Shown in pieces: positions 1 to 10,977 of a DNA stretch of 20,000 nucleotides. The stretch is from Elsinoe ampelina (taxonomy: Eukaryota). The stretch spans positions 53,768 through 73,767 of the forward strand of contig ML992510.1 of the NCBI GenBank assembly GCA_010093995.1, read 5' to 3'. The first letter of the stretch is position 1; each line of letters starts with the position of its first letter. The translations under genes were made by a program, and so were the position numbers. The notes under the pieces are model-generated. The model was not told where the DNA came from, ran no database searches, and worked only from the letters and a program-made list of their open reading frames with translations.

Positions 1-1186
1 CTCAGAAGACATGTGGTCCGCGCACAACCTCATCTCACCAGGCGACCGCCTACGCGCCAGTGCCATCCGACGCGTGACCACCCAAGCCGCCTCCACCGGC
101 TCTACGGTCTCGCAACGGGTCCACATAACCCTCACCATCGCCGTCACGTCCGTCGACTTCGACGCCCGCGCCTCGGAGCTGCACGTCTCCGGCCGCGTCG
201 CGAATGAGAATCCCCACGTCAAGCTGGGCCAGTTCCACACGCTGGATCTGGAGCTGAATCGGAATTTCACGCTCGAGAAGGAGGACGGGTGGGATAGTGT
301 TGCGCTGCAGACGTTGAGGGAGGCGTGTGATACGGAAAACAGGGCCGAGGTGTGGGCGGTGTTGATTGAGGAGGGATTGGCGAACTTGTGTGTGGTGAGC
401 GAGGGGACGACGGTGGTGAGGCAGACTGTGACGACGAGGATGGGGGATAAGACGTTGCCGGGGTATGGGAGTGCGGTGGAGAGGTTCTTTAGGAAGGTGC
501 TGGATACGTTGGTCCGGGCGGTGGATTTTGGGGAGTTGAAGCCTGTGTTGGTGGCGGGCGTGGGGTATACGGGGCAGAAGTTTTTGGCGTTTGTGAAGGA
601 TCAGGCGCAGAAGACGGGGGGAAAGGGGAGGAGTGGGGATGGGAAGGAACTGAGGGCGTTGTTGGACAAGATTGTGTTGGAGAGGGCGACGAACGCGAGT
701 CTGGGGGCGTTGAAGGAGGTGCTGGCCAGTCCGGGGGTGCAGAAGAGATTGAGTGATACACGGTTTGCGAGGGAGACGGGGTTGCTGGACAAGATGTTTG
801 AGAGGATGAGGAAGGATGATGGGAGGGTGGTCTATGGTCCGAACGAGGTGATCAAAGCTGTCGACGCTGGGGCCGTGGGGAGAGGAGGCGGAGTTCTGCT
901 CATCAGCGATGAGCTATTCCGCAGCTTAGAGGTTGGTGAGAGGAAGAAGTGGGTGTCCCTTGTGGACCGGGTGAAGGACAGAGAAGGCGGCGAGGTCCGC
1001 GTGCTGAGCAGTATGCACGAGAGCGGAAACCGACTCAAAGGTGTAGGTGGAGTAGCAGCGCTCCTGACCTTTCCCATTTTCGACGAAGACGAGCTGGAGG
1101 GTGGTGCTGTGCAAGGTCAAGGCGCGCAAGCCGATGGAGCGGCAGATGGCGATCAAGGGGATCCTCTGGGCGAAATTGAGATGTGA
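1..1186 (+). CDS. DOM34: Dom34/Pelota ribosome-rescue factor (eRF1 paralogue), 5' end lies outside the window
   Basis: The frame is open from position 2 (S-E-D-M-W-S-A-H-N-L-I), matching the Pelota EDMW.AYNLI motif, so the ATG at 11 is internal. Other Pelota motifs: LHVSGRVANENPHVKLGQFHTLDLELNRNFTLEKEDGWDS, IEEGLANLC, LSDTRFARE, YGPNEV, LLISDELFRS, VLSSMHESGNRLKGVGGVAALLTFP. Stop TGA at 1184-1186. Confidence 0.95.
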   Translation, partial: SEDMWSAHNLISPGDRLRASAIRRVTTQAASTGSTVSQRVHITLTIAVTSVDFDARASELHVSGRVANENPHVKLGQFHTLDLELNRNFTLEKEDGWDSVALQTLREACDTENRAEVWAVLIEEGLANLCVVSEGTTVVRQTVTTRMGDKTLPGYGSAVERFFRKVLDTLVRAVDFGELKPVLVAGVGYTGQKFLAFVKDQAQKTGGKGRSGDGKELRALLDKIVLERATNASLGALKEVLASPGVQKRLSDTRFARETGLLDKMFERMRKDDGRVVYGPNEVIKAVDAGAVGRGGGVLLISDELFRSLEVGERKKWVSLVDRVKDREGGEVRVLSSMHESGNRLKGVGGVAALLTFPIFDEDELEGGAVQGQGAQADGAADGDQGDPLGEIEM

Positions 1187-1720
1187 GGCGCATGCTTCGT
1201 CTTCCCATTCAGATGACGAGCGGCTGCGTTGCACGACCGAGATCGAATCTCTCTGCTTTGAGCTATAGACGAAGGACATAGCGACCAGCGTCGTTGGACG
1301 GACGGATCCGAAGCTGGGCAAAGGAGGTGAGGACTGATCTCCAAGCACATGGTGGGCCCTTACATGTCCTGCAGGTGGCGGTAAGAAGTTTTACCAGACC
1401 CCTTCCTCACGAAGTGCGAGTCGTCCCACGATTCGAGCTACCAAGCCAGGTCTACCCTCCCTAGTAGCTCTGGTGAGCGCAGCATGAAGCCCCTGAGGTC
1501 ACCACATGTCATGAAGCAACCTACGGCGGGTTGGTCAGATCTAGCTGGCATGATCAAGGCGAGACGATTGACGCTACAGCAAACTGGAACTGCCTTGCGG
1601 CAAATGCACTATGCCAATCAATACCAGGATGCGGTATGTGTCAGACTCCCATGAATGCAAACTATACATAACCCTTACCCTTTTTACCTTACCCGTCCCA
1701 TCGCCCTTCTCATCGGCGAC

Positions 1721-4700
1721 CTAGGCAAGCTGCGCCCTCAAACTATACACCTCAAAAGCCCTCACCTCCACCGCCACACTATTATCCCTGACTTCCAGCT
1801 CCTCCTCATCGTCCTCGAGCAAGTTACACCTGTACACCTTCTTCACCTTGACATCCCCAAACTTGACAATCCCCCTCGCCTGACCACCAAGACTATCATA
1901 GATCCTCAGCACGACACTCTTGCCCTTTCTCACCGGCAAACCAGTGTAGCCCTTGTCGTCCGCCAACCCACTGGAAGGCGCGACATCCTCGTCGTCTTCG
2001 GCGCGCTTGATGGTGTCCAGCACGAGACCTCGATCAGCGTCCGAGTTGGGGATGAGTTTGAAGCTCTTGTTCAACAACGACTCCACGCTGGCGATGTCGT
2101 GGTGCCCGCGGATCCGCGTGGGGAAATTGAATTCAAACCCGGCCTTGACTGTCTTTTCACCTAGAGGACCAACGTGAGGCATGATAGCCCAGCGGATCTT
2201 GTGCTTGCCCATATCCGCGTGGGCGTCGGGAGCCTTGGGGCTGCGGAGGAGGGAGAGACGCATGAGGCTGCCAGCCGTCGCGAAGCCGTATTTGGAGTCG
2301 TTGAGGACGGACACGCCGTAATTGGATTCGCTGAGGTCGGCGAATTTGTGGCAGCAGACTTCGAATTTGGCCATGTCCCAGGAGGTGTTGTAATGGGTTG
2401 GCCGTTCGATCAGGCCAAATTGGGTTTCGTAGGTGGCGGTTTGGGATCGGAGGGTGGTGGGGAACTCGACCTTGAGGAATTTCATGGTCTCGTGCCAGTC
2501 GACTTCTGCGGTGGTCTCGACGTAAGAGTTGATCAGTGAGTCGGGGTCGGATGGGTCGTGGTTGAGGGAGATTGTTGTGAAGATGCTGGATTTGTCGGAG
2601 ATGATGGTCTTGGTTTCCAACGACACACGAGTCGATGAGGAGACGACAATGCGGGATCTGGAGTTGGACTTGAGTTCCTGGCGAGACTCGAGATGGAAGA
2701 CTTCCACATCCCATGCTTGCCAGTACAGAGGCTTGTCGTCAAAGAGGACGAGCTGATTGGCTTTGGCACCCTTGGGCAGAACTTCTCGTGACGCCCGTTT
2801 GTCGTAGATGCTGGTGATGACACCATTGCTGACCTCCACGTCGAAAACTGTGTTGGAAAGTAGGAAGATGTCGGCACTCTTCTCCCGAATAGATGCACCC
2901 TTCGAGTAGGACACCGGCACTACCTTGGACACGCTCTGGCCAGACTCTGCCATGTAGAACTCTTCCTGGCCATCAGCAGTGACGGCTCGAGAAAGGTTTG
3001 AGCGGTCCCAGCCAAGGGTGTTGAGCGCGTATCCTTTATTGGCGATCTTTTCCTTGAAACCTAGCGCCGACAAGGCATCGTGTAAGAGCTTCTCCCCTGT
3101 CTTGAAGACTTGAGCATAGATCTGAGAGAGTCAGTACGTCGACTGTGCTAACATTCATTTCGACCGACCTCATCCGAATCATCGTAGCACATCTCGATAC
3201 AACTTCCCGGCAAGCAGTCGTGGAATTGGCAGAGTAGCACATTCTCCCACATCTCATCTATCTCCTTCTTTGGGTACTTATAACCAGTGACCATGCCCGT
3301 AACGGATTCTTGGATACTTGCAAGCGTCGCGTAGTACTCAATGTCGTGTAGTAGGATCTCGGAGTGTCTGTTGTTCCACTTGTTGTTCGCCTGCGTGGTG
3401 TAGGTACCTCTGTGCAATTCGAAGTAGAGTTCACCATACCAGGTGACAAAGGGCGTGCTCTCTTGCTTCTTCTCCAACGCGGCAAAGAATTCATCGACAG
3501 ACTCTGCGATCTTCACTCTCGGAAGGCGGCCGATCTTGTCTGCCATGCCTCTCTCGCGTCGTAGCTTCTCGATCTGTTCCCACGTCGGACCACCACCTCC
3601 ATCACCCTTGCCAAAAGGCAACAGAGATGTCGGATCCTGGTCAAGAGACTTGTGCTGTGTGACACTGCGAGTGACATCACCGAAATGTGCGTCGGCAGTG
3701 TAGGTCTCGCATGGTGCCATGTGGCACAACACTTGACTGCCATCTAGCGATACCCAGTTGAAGGTGGTGTGCGGGAAATTGTTGATGTTGTTCCAGCTCA
3801 GCTTTTGGGTGAAGAACCTGTTCATGCCTGCAAGGCGACAGAGCTGCGGTAATTGGGTAGAATAGCCAAAGGTGTCAGGCAGCCAGAATGTTTGACAGCG
3901 TTGGCCAAATCTGCTCTCGAAATAACGCTGACCGTACACGAATTGACGCACGAGTGATTCACCACCTGGCATATTCGTGTCGTGCTCGACCCAGCTGCCT
4001 CCGATGGGCTGGAAAGTACCCTCCTTGACCTTTGACTTGACTCTGTCGAAAGCCGACGGGTAAATCTTCTCCAGCCATTTCCACTGCTGTGCTTGTGAGG
4101 CGACAAAACGATGCTCTGGGTATCGCTCGAGCAGATCGCACTGGTTCATCCAGGATCTGACAACCTTTCGCTTCGTCTCCGCAAAAGGCCACAGCCAGCA
4201 AGTATCGATGTGGCAGTTTCCTATCGCATTTACAATAGCGGGGTTGTCATTGTCATACACCTTGGAAGAGTTGACGTTGCCAATGTATTCCTGAGCAATC
4301 TTTCTCCCAGCAACGATCGAATCATGGGTACCACCGCCAGCGATGAAAGTGTCTATGATCCTGTTGCAAACTTGCTGCGCCTCGTGCTCCTCCCATGAAT
4401 CTGTCGGGAACTCCCTGGCCGCATCACCGATGATCCAGAAGTCGATATACAGCTGCCGAGCTTCCAGATCAATAGCCACGATATCCGCAGTATGTAGCTG
4501 GAAGTAACGGTCCTCTTTTGGTGGCTGTATACTGTCACCACCAGCGGCGTTGCCGAACATTGCATTGCAGGCCATCTCGACATAGAAGACATGGGTCTTG
4601 CCATCGTAGTACTTCTTTGGGAGGATCCACTGGGCACGTTCTCCGTTACCAGTCAGACCCTGAACCGGATCTCCGTCTTCCGTCCATACTAGGCCCTCGT

Positions 4701-5181
4701 TACCAGCGTCCCAGTGGAACTCCAAGTGGTTCTTGTCTGTCAACTCTTTCGGAACGGTGAGGTGTACTCGGAACCAGTGGGTGGTCCAGCTCGGCCCGAA
4801 TGAGTCCCACTTCTTCGCGGGTTTGAAGTCGTGTGAGGTGGCCTCTTTGAAGGAAGGCCGCGATTGACCAGGGGGAGACCAGACCTCCAGCTTGACATGG
4901 GGGTCACCAGAGACTCGAGCTTCCTCGATCTTGCTGGAGGACGGTCAGGGGACGGTATCGGACTGCCATAGAATACCTACGCTACAAGGCCCTGCTCTCT
5001 GTATTGGCCGTTGTCTGTGAATTGGCGCAGTCTGCCTTGGTAGATGGAGTGTATCTGTCCATATTAGGCTCCAGCTCTAGCATGATCACTCTGGTCGATC
5101 TACCTGCTTTCCCTTTGGTCTCTCGGCCAGCTTGGGATAGCTAGCTGCGAGAGCTGACGTTGGCTTTGTTTCTCCGCCCAT
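1721..5181 (-). CDS. AMS1: Alpha-mannosidase, GH38 class 2C (Ams1/MAN2C1 type), ~1105 aa; exons 5181-5104, 5054-4981, 4933-3169, 3121-1721
   Basis: Motifs GNCHIDTCWLWP, GGSWVEHDTNMP, FWLPDTFGYS, FFTQKLSWN, GDGGGGP, GELYFELHRGTYT, QFHDCLPGS, RPTHYNTSWDMAKFEVCCH and LSLLRSPKAPD. Three short GT-AG introns (5103-5055, 4980-4934, 3168-3122) have CTAAT/CTGAC branch sites and join the ORF pieces in frame from MGGETKPTS. No signal peptide. Confidence 0.95.
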
Positions 5182-5502
5182 GTTTGCAGGATTGTATACA
5201 GAGGAAGAAGGCTGCCTCAAGGTGAGGAGGGGTGTTTCGAAGCTCTGCCCTGTTCAGGTCCATCTCAAGTTACCCCAGGTGACGCCGTTAGCTCCGCACT
5301 GGCGCTGCACTTCTGACTAGCCTAAACCAACTTAGCGTCGATCCATATTGGTCGGAGTTCGGGAGTCCTGCATGACGGAGATCGCTACTGAGAGCCTCGG
5401 TTGATGGCCCCGCATCATCACCCTTGCACCATGAAGCTGACGATCCGAAAGTGACGGGAATGACATATTTCTTCCCTTGCACTTTGAGGATATGGCCAGA
5501 AC

Positions 5503-6629
5503 ATGGCCTATCTGTCGCCTACTTCCGCCGTAAGTCGCCCACGTAGCGCAATCAAGACGCGATTTCTAACACTGATCAGGCCGCTCTAGCACGATTGCGC
5601 GCGTTCGTACCTCCGCCGACAAACTATCACTCTTTACCGATCACAAGACGAGCCGCAGTGCTGATCCTCTTATTCGCTGACCGAAGCGGAGGACTGCGAG
5701 TTGTGCTCACAATCCGGAGTACGAAGCTAAGAAACTATGCTGGACAGGCCGCACTCCCAGGTGGAAAGGCCGACTCGTTAGAAGAATCACCATGGCAAAC
5801 CGCTCGACGAGAGGCTTGGGAGGAGATTGGCCTGCCGATAGGAGAAGGCGAAATCATGAAAGGTTGGAAAGTGGAAAGACTCGGCGAATTGCCATGCAAC
5901 CTGGCCGTGACAGAACTGGGAGTCCGACCATGCGTGGGTTACCTCTCGCCCTCAGTGCCCAGTGCGGGAGATGCAACGAATGCATCGAGGAAGAGCAACG
6001 ACTCGCCGGACCCGGTGAAGGACCTGCTCCCGACTCTGGATGCAAAAGAGGTTGCCGCAGTGTTCACCGCGCCATTTCACAATTTCCTCAGGAAAGAGGA
6101 TGAAGATCCGAAAGTCAGGAGAAAAGTCCCTGGCAAATGGTACAACGGCACCTGGGTTAGTTGGCACGAAGAGGCTTGGAGAATGCATCAGTTCTTCGTG
6201 CCGAAAGGACTCGTATTCCGAAGCGAAGAGGAGCAGACGGGCGACGAAGACAATCCAGCAATTGGGGATACAAATGCATCTGTATCCGGTGCTGCAAATG
6301 GCAATGTTGACGGTAGTCAGTCGCGCCAAGGAAAGGGACCAAGTCTCAGAAACAAGGTCGTGGAGGAAGCGCGAACAAAAGAGAAAGAGGCTGCTCCGGC
6401 AGTGGACCCTCTGGACGAAGCGAGATACAAGGTCTTTGGCATGACCGCCAGGATACTGGTTGATGCTGCGAGAGTAGCATACGGCGAAGAGCCTGATTAC
6501 GAGCACAACAGCCACTTTGGAGACGAGGATATGATTACTCGACTCATGAAGATGGGACGATTGGCTCCGATCAAGAAGGAAGGAGAACGACTGACGAGAG
6601 ATGTAATGTCTGCTGCTGCCAAGATGTGA
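5503..6629 (+). CDS. PCD1: Nudix CoA diphosphatase (Pcd1/NUDT7 family), ~358 aa; exons 5503-5529, 5580-6629
   Basis: AAVLILL, then the CoA-Nudix motif LTIRSTKLRNYAGQAALPGG, then the Nudix box GGKADSLEESPWQTARREAWEEIG; VFGMTARIL near the C-terminus. Intron 5530-5579 (GTAAGT..CTAAC..CAG) gives MAYLSPTSA/AALARLRAF. The C-terminal AKM is PTS1-like. Confidence 0.9.
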
Positions 6630-7087
6630 GGCGAGCATGTGACAGGATCGCCCTGCACAAGCAGATCTTTGTCGTTGTCTCAAACATTTCTTGTACATAC
6701 ATACTTGAAGCATACATCAATTCCAGTGGTGAATGGCCCCCACAGATATTGTCATTGACTTTGTGAACAAGCCCACATCTCGACGTGAAAGTCGCACAAA
6801 TTCAGGCGCGGCCCATTCAGCTGGTGACCCTGAGGAACTCAGCCCCGCTGTGTCTCTATCACACACCTCTTGAAACACTTTGCTGACCCCAACTCTTGAT
6901 TTGTGTCCCTTCTCTTCCACAACGAGGACGGCCTTCCGAGCGACCATACTCCGAGCTTGACCAATCGGTTCTGCCTCTCGGGCTCCTTTTGCGATATTAC
7001 CAACCTGCTCTTCCTACCACAGTACCTAGAGAAGCTCTACCCACCGTCCAAAAGCAGGCAGCTGCGAGCTGCGAACAAGCCGAGATC

Positions 7088-8682
7088 ATGTCTTGTAAGT
7101 CACTCTGTGCCTGGGCAATACGAACAGTCTGCCCGACAGAAGCTCCATGGCAATCGCGACTGTGCACAAAGGCATCCCGGTCTTTCTTCGTTCAATGCTT
7201 CGAGTCTGCTCCTTTGCACTCTTGCACGCATTGCAACCCAATCCCTGATATATCCTCAACTCCAATTCCTATACACCTAGACTGACCATCATGCCAGTCG
7301 CGAATATGATGAGCAAGCTGCAGGGCCAGCCTGACAGCTACGACAAAAAGTATGTACCGATTGCATTTCTACAAAACAGTCAAGCATAAGAGCTGGGAGA
7401 TCATCGGACTGTATTAGGCCAGGACTAACCCTGCACAGATCGAAATACAGGTTCGGCAAGACACTAGGTGCAGGCACCTACGGTATCGTCAGAGAGGCCG
7501 AATCTCCGCACGGCAAGGTCGCGGTAAAGATCATCCTCAAGAAGAATGTCAAGGGCAATGATCAGATGGTCTACGATGAGCTCGAGATGCTGCAGAAGCT
7601 ACGACACACACACATTGTCAAATTCTACGACTGGTTTGAATCGAGAGACAAGTACTATATTGTAACCCAGCTGGCTACTGGAGGAGAATTGTTCGACCGC
7701 ATTTGTGAGAAGGGTCGCTTCACCGAGAAGGATGCTTCGGGTACGATCAAGCAAGTACTGGAGGCTGTAGAGTACCTACACAAGAACGACGTTGTGCACA
7801 GAGGTACGATTGCGCTCAGTGAGGATAGCGCACACCAGGCGGACTGACTCGACCAGATCTGAAACCAGAGAACCTTCTCTACCTCACAAAGGCCGAGGAC
7901 TCATCGCTGGTATTAGCAGACTTCGGCATTGCAAAGCATCTCGACTCTCCTGATGGTATGCTCAAGACGATGGCTGGCTCATTCGGATATGCAGCTCCAG
8001 AGATTATGCTGAAGCAAGGTCATGGCAAACCTGTGGATATGTGGTCGATGGGGGTTATTACCTACACACTACTCTGCGGGTACTCACCATTCCGAAGCGA
8101 GAATCTCCCAGATCTGATCGATGAGACCAAGCACGGCCGCGTCATCTTCCATGAGAGGTATTGGAAGGATGTCAGCAAAGAAGGCAAGGAATTCATCCTG
8201 ACGCTACTACAACCTGAGGCGGGTAGCAGAGCGACTGCGTCGGTGAGTAGTGCTTATGTGACCGGAAAGACTTTGCTGATCTCGGATAGCAAGCACTCAA
8301 GCACCCTTGGATCGCCGGCAAGGTCGCAGGCGACCACAACTTAATTCCCGAGATCAAGGCATACCTGGCAAAGGCTCGCCTAAAGCGAGGTGTGGAGATG
8401 GTCAAGCTCGCCAACCGTATCGAGTCCCTCAAGATGCAGGAGGACGACGAAGAGGAAGCGCAGTCGCCACATCCAGACATTCCGAAAGGCGCCGACGCAC
8501 TTGCCGGCCGGACCGACAGCAAGAGTGTCAAGTCAACGCAGAGCTCTGGGTCTGGCAAATCAAGATTGAGCAAGGCTGCGAAGAGTGCGATATTCCGCGA
8601 GGTCGTGCTGGCAAAGGTGAGGGAGATGAAGGCTGAGAACGAGAAGACGCAAGTAGCTAGTGGCACGATGAAGCCGACATAG
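7088..8682 (+). CDS. cmkA: Ca2+/calmodulin-dependent protein kinase (CmkA/Cmk1 type), ~400 aa; exons 7088-7094, 7298-7349, 7439-7803, 7857-8242, 8290-8682
   Basis: The spliced product starts [40 protein letters not shown] and contains [22 protein letters not shown] (split by an intron), [27 protein letters not shown] and a basic amphipathic calmodulin-binding segment [16 protein letters not shown]. All four introns are GT-AG with CT(A/G)A(C/T) branch sites. Confidence 0.93.
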
Positions 8683-9236
8683 CAGATGGCGAAGTGATGT
8701 GTATTCGATCAGGGTAGTATGGCGCTGGTGTGTTCCTCGACAGCTATCACCGAAAGCTGCAGTAGCGAGGAGCTCAGTACTTCTTATTCAGCATCGCGAC
8801 CTAGGATGAAAGACCACGGATCGTCGTAGGTCCAAGAATGAAATGATACGTCAATTGCATCACACTCAATGACCCTGATGTGCTTTGGCTAAGTTCAACC
8901 AAGCATCCGGAAAAATAGACATGCCATTTTCCCAAGCCAGCGCCCCCTCCCCTCCCGAGGTCGTGCCCCCGCTTTGCTGGTCTCGGCAAACCGGTGGGAG
9001 CTGACCTGGCCCCGAACATCTCTCCTCTTTGGCACTAAACCTGTGATGCCACCTTCCGAACAAATTATGACATGTGCTCTTCGGGCTATCATCCCCCGGT
9101 AGCGTGATGGCTACAGACCTTGGCCAAGCAGGCAGGTAATCCGAAAACGATGGCATGAATGTGATTTAATGGAGCGAGTCGCTCTCTCGTGAGTAGATGC
9201 GGTGAGATCCTTTTACGCTCTTCCCGCATTTCTGTC

Positions 9237-10831
9237 ATGGTTAATAATAGACTCTTATCCCTTCTGGGTGCCATCGCGACTCCTGCCTTCGCGGCATGGA
9301 TCGTACCAGGTGGCAGATGGTACGACACGGCCAACAACCTCGTCAATGCCCACGCTGGCGGCATCACACTGGACCCAGCATCAGGTCGCTACTTCTGGTA
9401 CGGAGAATACAAGATCCAAGGTCAGGTTGAAGGTGGTGGCGTCAAAGCGTACAGCTCGACTGATCTCGCGACATGGAAAGACGAAGGCATGGCTCTCCAG
9501 GCCATCGAAGGACATCCTTACCTCGACCCAAAGATGATCATTCAGCGACCCAAGGTTGTCTACAGCGACGTCAGCAAGGAGTATCAGATGTGGTGGCATG
9601 CCGACAATTCCACTTACGGTCTTCTCCTACAAGGATATGCAAAGTCTTCCACTCCTGCCGGACCGTTCGAGTTTGTCAGCGCAACTGCTCCACTAGGAAA
9701 CTGGAGCCAGGACTTTGGCATCTTTGAGGACTACAAGGACGGTAAGGTGTATGCTCTGTACTCGAACGGCGACCGACGCGAGGGGAGGGATGTGTACTTG
9801 ACTTCGTACAATGAGGACGTTACAGCCCTGGATCAGGTTGTCCATCGCTTCGACAAGTATGATCTCGAAGCGCCTACAATCATTCAGACGGAGCAGAGCT
9901 ACTATGCTTTGATGTCACACAAGACTGGCTACAGGCCAAACAATGTGGTAGCTTTCCGTGCGGACAATTTGGCTGGGCCGTGGTCGCAGCCTTTCATCAT
10001 TAACCCCTTGAATACTCGAGGCTTCAACTCGCAATCCGGCTTCTCCTTGCGAATCAATGGCACCGAAAAGACAACATATTTGTACGTCGGCGACCAGTGG
10101 GACTCCAACTCGCTCTGGGAGAGCCGCTACATCTGGTTGCCAATGGAAATCGACGACGAGAAGAAGACCCTTGACCTGGTCTGGCATGATGTGTATGACC
10201 TGAACATGTAAGCATGCCCTTACTTCAGAACGTCCAGGCTGTACCCTACTGACCTGCTGTAGCGAGACCGGCGTCGTCACACCAATCGAAGGCACCCCAT
10301 ACTACGCCAAAGACGCAATCACCGCCGGCAACGCCTTCAAGCAAGAAGCCGTAAGCCCCCCTCCCCTCCCACCCCACCATCTTCCTCCATCCTAACTCCC
10401 CCCAGAACTTCGCCGCAGACAAGACCATCCTGACCGGCATCTACGGCAGCACCAGCACCGCCACCTTCACCATCCAAGGCGTCGGCGGTCCACAATGGGT
10501 CTCCTTCTACTACCAAAACACCGACGACATGGGCTTCGGGGACCAGCCAGGCGGCACGCCTGACCGCATCGGAGGGACATGGCAGCTGCGCCGTATCGCA
10601 AGTGTGGTCGTCAATGGGAACACGGAAAGTGTGCAGACGCTGTATCAGAGGGATACCCATAAGGGGATCATTTTGTCGACGCCGTTGTTGTTGGATCTTA
10701 GGGAGGGGAGCAATGAGATCACGGTCGGGGGATTGTGGAATGGGTTTGATTATAAGGGGGCGGATTTGGAGAGGGTGGTGGTTTATCCGCCTGAGGGGAG
10801 GGGAGGGGGGAATAGTACGAGGCTGCAGTAG
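9237..10831 (+). CDS. Secreted GH43 (subfamily 24-like) beta-1,3-galactanase with C-terminal CBM35-like module, ~494 aa; exons 9237-10207, 10263-10350, 10406-10831
   Basis: Signal peptide MVNNRLLSLLGAIATPAFA. Motifs NAHAGG, YFWYGE, YSSTDLATW, QRPKV, QDFGIF, LEAP, SHKTGYRPN, NSQ, YVGDQW and RYIWLP are typical of GH43_24. Two GT-AG introns (10208-10262, 10351-10405) restore the frame into a beta-sandwich-like tail (GSNEITVGG..GADLERVVVY). Confidence 0.88.
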
Positions 10832-10977
10832 TGCTGTAGAACCAATGGTCAGAGGTCATAATCGCAAGTCTTGACAAGGGTGCAGCCTTGCACTTCAAGG
10901 CATATCCAATCCAAAACATTGAATCATCCCGAAAGCCGCAGATGTTTGCCCAGATTTGTCACGTGATGCCATACCCG

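Noticed and set aside
1655..4760. Many + strand and alternate-frame ORFs (e.g. 1655-2164, 2157-2714, 2174-2539, 4111-4398)
   Set aside because: They are shadow ORFs overlapping the well-supported AMS1 coding sequence and have no recognisable motifs.
5952..6713. 253-aa minus-strand ORF
   Set aside because: It is antisense to the Nudix gene and shows no domain features.
6896..7285. Two ~125-aa + strand ORFs upstream of the kinase
   Set aside because: Both have non-ATG starts and span the CaMK 5' UTR, micro-exon and first intron.
9189..9236. N-terminal extension of the GH43 ORF from a GTG start
   Set aside because: The ATG at 9237 directly begins a signal peptide, so the upstream GTG is an ORF-caller artefact.
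8801..9367. Short minus-strand ORFs between the kinase and GH43 genes
   Set aside because: They are short, lack motifs and convincing splice structure, and probably lie in the GH43 promoter region.
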